This document shows positions 57,263 through 64,000 of a stretch of 64,000 nt of DNA, piece by piece. How positions within the stretch are numbered: position 1 is the stretch's first letter; each line of letters begins with the position of its first letter. The notes under the pieces are model-generated. The model was given only the letters and a program-made list of their open reading frames with translations. It had not been told where the DNA came from and did no database searches. This DNA comes from an uncultured Candidatus Saccharibacteria bacterium (GTDB taxonomy: Bacteria > Patescibacteriota > Minisyncoccia > Phycocordibacterales > UBA9973): assembly GCA_964646765.1 (NCBI GenBank), contig CAZYIA010000001.1, positions 1,334 to 65,333 of the forward strand, given 5' to 3'. Position numbers and translations under genes: made by a program.

Positions 57263-58579
57263 ATGGCAGGTCTTAGTCATTCCAATTTAATGCGTCTTAA
57301 AGTCCTATTTGCTGTTTTGGTAATGGGATTAGTAGTGTTTGTCTTCGGCCCTACTATTCGAGCATATTTCTATCAGACTGGTTCTTCTAATGCTCCATTC
57401 GGATACAACTATGGTTGGGGTTATGGATACCGTCAGGTAACCCTACCGCCCTTTTTAGGAGGCGGAATTGATTACCAATATGGTTACGGATATGGTTATG
57501 GATACGGGTATGGATATGCCAATGATCCTTCGGGGACTGGATACGGTTATAACGATGGCTTTGGCTATGGATTTGTCCAGTTCTTTACTCCAAAAGACGC
57601 TCCGGGGATTTACTTACCCGAGACACTGAAAGTAACTACGGCTTCGTCTAGCGCGACGGTAGATTACTATTCATATTTTTCTGCGAGACTAAAAGTGTAT
57701 TACAAATCATACACAACATCTGTTCCTGCTGCGCCATTTACTGATAGCACAACACTAACTGGTGATTTCTATTCGGGTAACGGGACCCTTTCAGTAAGTA
57801 ACCTTAACTGTGGTACGAATTATGCTTTTTACGTTGCCGCTGTTGATGCCGGGGGTAATGAATGGCCGTCAGAAACCATACTCGTTAAACCTACAGATCA
57901 TTGCTCAGGAGGCGGCACCTCCGGTGGTTCAGGTTCGATTGTACCAATTCAATTCTTGGTGAATGCTCTCTCAAGTGTTCCTGGTACAGTTGAATATCGC
58001 TATATTGCTCACCAGGGTGGGCGAATTGAAATTACTTCTGGCGTTGCTTGTGATGAGGATTTTATTACCTCTAACATTCAATTTGGAAAGAAAAATAATC
58101 CAACCGATGTTCGCAGACTTCAGTTCTTTTTGAAAAATGTTCTTCAAAATCCAGGAGTAAAAATTACGGGAATCTATTCCAAAGAAGATGAAGCGATTGT
58201 TAAAAATTTTCAAAAGAAATATCTTGTTGATATTTTGCAGCCATGGGGTTTAAATTCTGGTACTGGTTTTGTCTACAAAACAACTCGTCCAGTTATTAAC
58301 CGTATGTATTGTGAGTACCGCGCGCTACTTCACTTGGTTTTTGATCGCGACTTAACTCTTGGTTCGACAGGAAACGATGTGCTTCTCTTGCAAAAGTATC
58401 TCAACAAAAACGGCATACTCGTTGCTACAAAAGGTTCCGGATCTCCAGGTAAAGAAACTCATCGATATGGTATTGGTACAAAGAAAGCAGTACAAGTGTT
58501 TCAGAAAAAGCACGGGCTTCCAGAAACTGGAGTTTTGGATGTTGCAACCCGAACTGTCTTAAACGACATCTACGAATAA
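57263..58579 (+). CDS. Secreted GY-repeat / FN3-like / peptidoglycan-binding-domain protein
   Basis: Signal anchor, YGYGYGYGYGYGY, NL.CGT.Y.FYV.AVD.GGN, two DV..LQ..L...AV..FQ domains. Confidence 0.75.
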   Translation: MAGLSHSNLMRLKVLFAVLVMGLVVFVFGPTIRAYFYQTGSSNAPFGYNYGWGYGYRQVTLPPFLGGGIDYQYGYGYGYGYGYGYANDPSGTGYGYNDGFGYGFVQFFTPKDAPGIYLPETLKVTTASSSATVDYYSYFSARLKVYYKSYTTSVPAAPFTDSTTLTGDFYSGNGTLSVSNLNCGTNYAFYVAAVDAGGNEWPSETILVKPTDHCSGGGTSGGSGSIVPIQFLVNALSSVPGTVEYRYIAHQGGRIEITSGVACDEDFITSNIQFGKKNNPTDVRRLQFFLKNVLQNPGVKITGIYSKEDEAIVKNFQKKYLVDILQPWGLNSGTGFVYKTTRPVINRMYCEYRALLHLVFDRDLTLGSTGNDVLLLQKYLNKNGILVATKGSGSPGKETHRYGIGTKKAVQVFQKKHGLPETGVLDVATRTVLNDIYE

Positions 58580-58580
58580 T

Positions 58581-59555
58581 ATGAATAAAAAAGCTCTCAT
58601 AACCGGTGTGCTCGGACAAGACGGTGCATACTTAGCGCAGTTTTTGTTGGCGAAAGGGTATCGAGTATACGGTATGGTTCGTCGTCATTCGAACCAAAAT
58701 TTTACCAATACAGATTATCTCGGGATCACGAAGGATATTGAATTTGTTCCTGGGGATCTTACCGATGAATCTTCACTGATTTCGATCGTAAAGCGAGTTC
58801 AGCCAGACGAAGTATACAACTTAGGGGCCCAATCTTTTGTCGGAGTTTCTTGGGAGCAAACAAAGCACACTACTGAAGTAAATGCTCTCGGTACGTTGTA
58901 TCTTTTGAATGCTATTAAAATGTTTGCACCACTTGCCAAATTCTACCAAGCGTCAACTAGCGAGATGTTTGGGAATGCCGATACTCCAACCCAAAATGAA
59001 AACACACCATTTCACCCACGAAATCCGTACGGTGTCTCAAAACTCTATGCTCATTTCATGACTAAGAATTTTCAAGAGAGCTATGACATGTTCTGCACCG
59101 CAGGGATATTGTTTAATCATGAGAGTCCAATTCGTGGTCCAGAATTTGTGACACGAAAAATTTCGATGGGTGTGGCAAAAATAAAGCACGGTCTTGCTAC
59201 CGAAATTTCTCTCGGCAACCTTGATTCAAAACGCGATTGGGGTTTTGCAGGTGACTATGTTGAAGCAATGTGGATGCTATTACAGCAAGAGAAGCCAGAC
59301 ACCTTTGTTATTGCAACAGGAGAAACACATACCATTGAAGATTTTGTAACTGAGGCTTTTGCCCATGTCGGTATTACCGACTGGAAATCCCATGTTCGTA
59401 TTGATCCACGATTTAAACGCCCCGCTGAACTATCTGTACTTTGCGGCGATGCAACAAAAGCAAATGAAGTTTTAGGTTGGAAGCCAAAGACGTCATTTAA
59501 GGAACTCGTTGCAATGATGGTAGACGCGGATATGAAGCGTCTCGAAAAGAAATAA
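58581..59555 (+). CDS. gmd: GDP-mannose 4,6-dehydratase
   Basis: ITGVLGQDGAYL, QASTSEMFG, PYGVSK, FNHESP.RG, RDWG. Confidence 0.96.
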   Translation: MNKKALITGVLGQDGAYLAQFLLAKGYRVYGMVRRHSNQNFTNTDYLGITKDIEFVPGDLTDESSLISIVKRVQPDEVYNLGAQSFVGVSWEQTKHTTEVNALGTLYLLNAIKMFAPLAKFYQASTSEMFGNADTPTQNENTPFHPRNPYGVSKLYAHFMTKNFQESYDMFCTAGILFNHESPIRGPEFVTRKISMGVAKIKHGLATEISLGNLDSKRDWGFAGDYVEAMWMLLQQEKPDTFVIATGETHTIEDFVTEAFAHVGITDWKSHVRIDPRFKRPAELSVLCGDATKANEVLGWKPKTSFKELVAMMVDADMKRLEKK

Positions 59556-59622
59556 CATTATAGCGGTATCTAGACAGGATTAGTGCACATGTTACTGTGA
59601 AGGTAACTAAATCCCGTCATAA

Positions 59623-60261
59623 ATGAAAAAACTTTTATTCCCAATACTTATTGTGCTGGTTGGCACAATGGTATTACCGCAGAATATTTTTGCTCAAGGC
59701 TGTCTTGAAGCTGACATTATCGTTGCTGTCGACTGGTCAAACAGTGTTTCAAGCAAACGCCAAGAAATGGTTGATGCTCTCTATACGTATAGCCGTGCAT
59801 TTACGCTTCGGAAAGATGGCATTAAACTTGGTATTCTTAGTTTTGGGGATACCTCCCGCATAGAAGCACCCATTACTTCAGATACTAACTACATCGACCT
59901 TGGACTTGCTTCACTTTTTTCTGATAAAGCCGGGCACAGTACTCGGTGTGGAGAAATTCCTGGCTATGCCTCGGTTCTTTTTAATCAGAGTGCTAGCGAG
60001 CGGGGAAAAATTCCTGAAAAACGCTTCCTGATTTTTATTTCTGACGGAGATGTCGAAAATAAAGATTATGTTGCCCAAGACTTTCTTACCTTTGCGGCCT
60101 CCCAAAATGTAGTTGTCTGTGCTATTCAAATAAACTCTGACCTTGCCATAGAAAGGTCAGCCACAAAATTTATGCGTGATATTGCAACACCAGGATTTTA
60201 CTTTACCAGTTCATATAGTAAGATTCAAAGTTTTTTACGAACACTTGATTTATGTATGTAA
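59623..60261 (+). CDS. Secreted von Willebrand factor A domain protein
   Basis: Signal peptide, MIDAS DWSNS, FISDG. Confidence 0.8.
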   Translation: MKKLLFPILIVLVGTMVLPQNIFAQGCLEADIIVAVDWSNSVSSKRQEMVDALYTYSRAFTLRKDGIKLGILSFGDTSRIEAPITSDTNYIDLGLASLFSDKAGHSTRCGEIPGYASVLFNQSASERGKIPEKRFLIFISDGDVENKDYVAQDFLTFAASQNVVVCAIQINSDLAIERSATKFMRDIATPGFYFTSSYSKIQSFLRTLDLCM

Positions 60262-60265
60262 AAAT

Positions 60266-60302
60266 AGAGGTACCCGTTCTAAGATAAGGAGCGGGTACTT
60301 TT
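60266..60302 (+). terminator. Intrinsic terminator
   Basis: GTACCCGTTC / GAGCGGGTAC followed by TTTT. Confidence 0.75.
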
Positions 60303-60354
60303 ATTGACAGATAGCGTATACTAGAGGGTAGGCACCTCGTGTGCCGATATTTGT

Positions 60355-62421
60355 ATGCCTAGCCCATTTATACTCCAAAGTGAATTTAAGCCTGCTGGTG
60401 ACCAACCCGAGGCTATTTCGGCATTAGTGAGTGGGTTACAAAAGGATTACCCTAAGCAAACGCTTTTAGGGGCAACCGGTACAGGTAAAACCTTTACTAT
60501 GGCAAATGTCATTAAAGAGTGGGGGAAGCCTACCCTAGTTATCGCTCATAACAAAACCCTCGCTGCTCAGCTTGCTCAAGAGTTTCGAGAGTTTTTCCCA
60601 ACTCACGCAGTGCATTATTTCGTTTCGTATTACGATTTTTACCAACCAGAAGCCTATTTACCAACCACTGATACCTTTATTGAAAAAGATGCCCAGATCA
60701 ACGAAGAAATTGATCGTCTTCGTCACGCCTCAACTCAGGCATTACTTTCTCGACGTGACGTTATCATCGTCGCTTCAGTTTCTTGTATTTATGGTTTAGG
60801 ATCACCGGCAGAATATGAAAAACGAAATATGAAACTTGCTGTTGGTGAAAAAATGGAACGGACTGAACTCATGCAGCGACTCGTTTCGGTATATTTTGAG
60901 CGAACTAATGCCGATCTCACTCCAGGAACATTCCGTGCTATTGGTAGCAAAATTGAGATTATGCCAATCTCAGAAACATTTTCATATCATATTGTGTTAC
61001 TCGGCGGAAAAATTGAAGCAATTCTTAAAGTTGATCCAGTTTCAAACAAAATACTAGGCGAAGAACAGACCATATTTATTTTCCCGGCGAAGCATTTCGT
61101 AACATCGAAAGACGAACAAGAACGAGCACTCAAAACTATTAAATTAGAACTTGCTGAGCAGCTAAAGAAATTTGAGAAAGATGGAAAGCTGTTAGAGGCT
61201 GAGCGTATTAAGCGTCGCACTAATTATGATTTAGCCATGATCCGCGAGGTTGGCTATTGTTCTGGCATTGAAAACTATTCTCGCCACATGTCGGGCAAGG
61301 CTCCAGGGGAGCCGCCAGATACACTGCTTTCATATTTCCCACACACCAAGAAAGGCGAACCAGATTTTCTCACTATTATTGATGAATCGCACGTAACCTT
61401 GCCGCAGCTTCGTGGTATGTACGCCGGTGATGCTTCTCGAAAAAACACCCTCGTTGAATTCGGTTTCCGTTTGCCTTCCGCAAAAGATAATCGGCCGCTC
61501 AAGTACGAAGAATTTGAAAAGCGAGTCGGAAATGTTATTTACACTTCAGCAACGCCAAGCGAGTATGAACGTACTGAGAGCAAGCAAGTAGTGCAGCAAA
61601 TTATTCGCCCAACTGGCCTTTTAGATCCAGAAATTACTGTTCGGCCAATTATGGAGAATGTTGGTGCTCACTACAAAGGGCAAGTACATGACTTTATTGA
61701 TGAGGCCGCAAAAACTATCCAAGGTGGTGGCCGTGTGCTTGCTACTACGCTCACTAAAAAAATGGCTGAAGATCTTTCGGCGTATCTGAAGGATCGAAAG
61801 ATGAAAGCGGAGTATCTACACAGTGATATTAAAACCATTGAGCGTATTCGTATTTTAACCAGCTTCCGAAAAGGGGAGTTTGATTGCTTGGTCGGTGTTA
61901 ACTTACTTCGTGAAGGACTCGACCTTCCAGAAGTTGAACTCATTGGTATTTTGGATGCTGACAAGGAAGGCTTTTTGCGAAGTGAAACCTCGCTTATTCA
62001 AACTATTGGTCGTGCTGCTCGTAACGCTGCTGGGCGGGTCATTTTGTACGCCGACAACATGACGGGAAGTATGGAGCGCGCCATTGGGGAAACCAATCGT
62101 CGTCGAGCGGTGCAAATGGAATACAATAAAAAGCACGGTATTACGCCAAAAACTATTCAAAAGAAAATTCAGGATATAACTCAGGGTATGGAAACTGAGC
62201 ATGACAAAGCAGTCGCAGCAAACTTGGCGATTGATGCTCAGATCTTTAAAGAAGATCCAGAAAAGCTTATTAAGCTGAAAGAAGAAGAAATGAACGAGGC
62301 TGTAAAAGAACTCGACTTTGAAACAGCAGCTATCTTGCGCGATGAAATAATTGCTATTAAGGCAAAAATACCAAAACTTCCAAAACAACGAAAATTAAAG
62401 AAAGGTGAGCGTCTAATCTAA
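60355..62421 (+). CDS. uvrB: Excinuclease ABC subunit B
   Basis: GATGTGKTFT, YYDFYQPEAY, DESH, NLLREGLD, QTIGRAARN. Confidence 0.98.
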   Translation: MPSPFILQSEFKPAGDQPEAISALVSGLQKDYPKQTLLGATGTGKTFTMANVIKEWGKPTLVIAHNKTLAAQLAQEFREFFPTHAVHYFVSYYDFYQPEAYLPTTDTFIEKDAQINEEIDRLRHASTQALLSRRDVIIVASVSCIYGLGSPAEYEKRNMKLAVGEKMERTELMQRLVSVYFERTNADLTPGTFRAIGSKIEIMPISETFSYHIVLLGGKIEAILKVDPVSNKILGEEQTIFIFPAKHFVTSKDEQERALKTIKLELAEQLKKFEKDGKLLEAERIKRRTNYDLAMIREVGYCSGIENYSRHMSGKAPGEPPDTLLSYFPHTKKGEPDFLTIIDESHVTLPQLRGMYAGDASRKNTLVEFGFRLPSAKDNRPLKYEEFEKRVGNVIYTSATPSEYERTESKQVVQQIIRPTGLLDPEITVRPIMENVGAHYKGQVHDFIDEAAKTIQGGGRVLATTLTKKMAEDLSAYLKDRKMKAEYLHSDIKTIERIRILTSFRKGEFDCLVGVNLLREGLDLPEVELIGILDADKEGFLRSETSLIQTIGRAARNAAGRVILYADNMTGSMERAIGETNRRRAVQMEYNKKHGITPKTIQKKIQDITQGMETEHDKAVAANLAIDAQIFKEDPEKLIKLKEEEMNEAVKELDFETAAILRDEIIAIKAKIPKLPKQRKLKKGERLI

Positions 62422-63068
62422 AACAGACTTCCTTGTTCTGGTTTTCGCATCTCTTTTTTCTCTTCGATAATTTTTTTGGTTTCAGTAGAAGTGCTTGCGG
62501 TTTCGATTGCCTTCGGAATTTTTTTGAAATCTTTCAGTAGCGTTTCGCGCATGCCGCCATTATAGAGCGCTGAAGCCGGATGATAGAGTGGTAAGAAATA
62601 TTCGGTTGGGATGTGCTGAAACTTCTTATGAATTAACTTGCCGTGTACATTTGAAATCTTTAAATCCGGAAAAAAGTCATTCATTGAGTGGCGCCCGAGA
62701 AAGACAATAATTTTAGGGGCAATGAACGAAAGCTCTTCGTAGAGCCAGGGTGCACAATCTTCTTTTTCAGTTGGTAGCGGATCACGGTTATTTGGTGGGC
62801 GGTATTTTACGATATTGGTGATATAGATATCTTCGCGCTTCATGCCAATTTCACCCAGCATTTCATTTAAAAACTGCCCAGCCCGGCCAACAAAGGGGAT
62901 ACCTTGAATGTCTTCGTCTTTTCCTGGAGCTTCGCCAATAAAGACTATTTCTGCGCTCGGATTACCAGCCCCTGGTACCGGCTGAGTAGCCACCTTTTTG
63001 AGTGGGCAGGTGTTTTTGACAAACCATTTTTCATGGATTTGTTTTAATTGTTCGGCTCGGGTTGCCAT
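62418..63068 (-). CDS. Uracil-DNA glycosylase, family 4
   Basis: GEAPG..ED..G.PFVG.AG, RPPNNR.P, YHPA. Confidence 0.92.
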   Translation of the reverse strand: MATRAEQLKQIHEKWFVKNTCPLKKVATQPVPGAGNPSAEIVFIGEAPGKDEDIQGIPFVGRAGQFLNEMLGEIGMKREDIYITNIVKYRPPNNRDPLPTEKEDCAPWLYEELSFIAPKIIVFLGRHSMNDFFPDLKISNVHGKLIHKKFQHIPTEYFLPLYHPASALYNGGMRETLLKDFKKIPKAIETASTSTETKKIIEEKKEMRKPEQGSLF

Positions 63069-63081
63069 AGAAAAAGAGTAT

Positions 63082-63125
63082 AAAAAAAAGCAGCGTTGAA
63101 CAAGTAAATTTGTCCAACGCTGCTT
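63082..63125 (-). terminator. Intrinsic terminator
   Basis: AAGCAGCGTTG / CAACGCTGCTT followed by a T tract on the minus strand. Confidence 0.85.
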
Positions 63126-63136
63126 CCATTAACTAA

Positions 63137-63865
63137 TTACCAAGGATTGAATTTGCAACCAACCGAAATTACAATTGTGGACATTTCCGTAATGCTACAG
63201 TGAGGATGCTCAACTTTTTCAGAAATACCTGCTAAATAGGCAGCTTCTGCATAGAAGCGTCCTTTGAAGAAGTTCCCCCGAATGAGAGGACCTAACTCGA
63301 AGCGCGGTTCTAATTTAGAAGGAGTAATTCCATCTTCTGCCACAAACTGCAATTTTGTTTCCATAAGCAATCCCAATTCAATAAACCGGTGTGGGGAAAT
63401 CCCTACCTCGGTAAAATTATAGATTGCTTGCGGTTTCAGGTTTGCAATGTGTACCAGATAACTTAAGTCTGAAAAGAAGTACCAGGGATCTTTTTCCACT
63501 TTTAGTAAAAATCCTGGAGCAATACCGGGGTACTCGCCAATAAGCAGGCTCATTTTTGGCACAACCCAAAGGTCAGAACGTTTAGCACAGTCGTAGCCGA
63601 AACCTAAATCAGCAGTCTTGTCGGTATGTAAACCATACTGAAAATCCAGAACAAATTTTCTTTTTCTATCCTTGTGGATAGTCCAGAAAATGTATTCCAT
63701 CTTATCTTCCAGTGGTTTCCGAAGGTGGAAGCTAATGTCGGTAAAGCGGGCCACGTGATGAGCCTCCTTTGTTTTGAAGTGGATATTTTCACCATCGTTA
63801 TGTTCTTGGGTGTAACCAAAAAGAACAAGCAGCAGAGCTGTAAGCAGAGTAAGTAATTTCTTCAT
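63137..63865 (-). CDS. Secreted orphan protein, beta-strand rich
   Basis: Signal peptide MKKLLTLLTALLLVLFGYTQ; start set downstream of TTTACA-17 bp-CATAAT. Confidence 0.65.
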   Translation of the reverse strand: MKKLLTLLTALLLVLFGYTQEHNDGENIHFKTKEAHHVARFTDISFHLRKPLEDKMEYIFWTIHKDRKRKFVLDFQYGLHTDKTADLGFGYDCAKRSDLWVVPKMSLLIGEYPGIAPGFLLKVEKDPWYFFSDLSYLVHIANLKPQAIYNFTEVGISPHRFIELGLLMETKLQFVAEDGITPSKLEPRFELGPLIRGNFFKGRFYAEAAYLAGISEKVEHPHCSITEMSTIVISVGCKFNPW

Positions 63866-64000
63866 CAAAATTAATTTTTGGGTTAATAAAGTTTTTATTC
63901 GCAACGTCAAACAACGTATGTCAACATTATGACCCAAAAAAATCATTTTGTAAAGGTCTGTTTCGTTAAAAAACCCTTTTGTGCTATAGTCAAATCCATG

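Noticed and set aside
57478-57517. DNA tandem repeat or CRISPR-like array
   Set aside because: Codons vary (TAT/TAC, GGT/GGA/GGG), so the repeat is at protein level; no repeat-spacer array was seen anywhere in the window
60304-60322. TTGACA...TATACT promoter for uvrB
   Set aside because: The two boxes are only 7 bp apart and cannot be one promoter
1-64000. Alternative genetic code 25 (TGA = Gly)
   Set aside because: Core genes are full length under code 11, and dnaG and tgt end at TGA

Overview
This is a gene-dense chromosomal segment of a reduced-genome bacterium, most consistent with Patescibacteria/CPR (Parcubacteria-like). That assignment is inferred from the short ProS, khpA-trmD without rimM, the Lys-rich RpoD N-terminus and scarce Shine-Dalgarno motifs; TGA is used as a stop, so the code is 11. 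Core genes: rodA, folD, uppP, secDF, lemA/htpX, a heterodimeric ABC exporter, khpA, trmD, rpoB-rpoC-dnaG-rpoD, rpsB-tsf, proS, mreBC, tgt, uvrB and a family-4 UDG. There is also a surface-glycosylation locus (GT2/GT4/GT-C-like genes, a GY-repeat peptidoglycan-binding protein, gmd) and three intact tRNAs: Ser-GGA, Leu-CAG and Thr-TGT. The most striking signals are non-coding. (1) Every tRNA has partial copies of itself nearby. tRNA-Ser is bracketed on both sides by 125-179 bp, almost fully base-paired elements, each carrying a direct and an inverted copy of the adjacent tRNA end. tRNA-Leu has a decayed 5' version of this element. tRNA-Thr has an exact inverted copy of its 5' half 3.2 kb away, enclosing a helicase island. 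(2) There are two complete leader-peptide attenuators: a Leu-codon leader in front of an orphan gene and a Pro-codon leader in front of a highly divergent ProC-like gene. These are unexpected in a lineage regarded as amino-acid auxotrophic. All product calls come from motif recognition by eye; no searches or folding programs were run.
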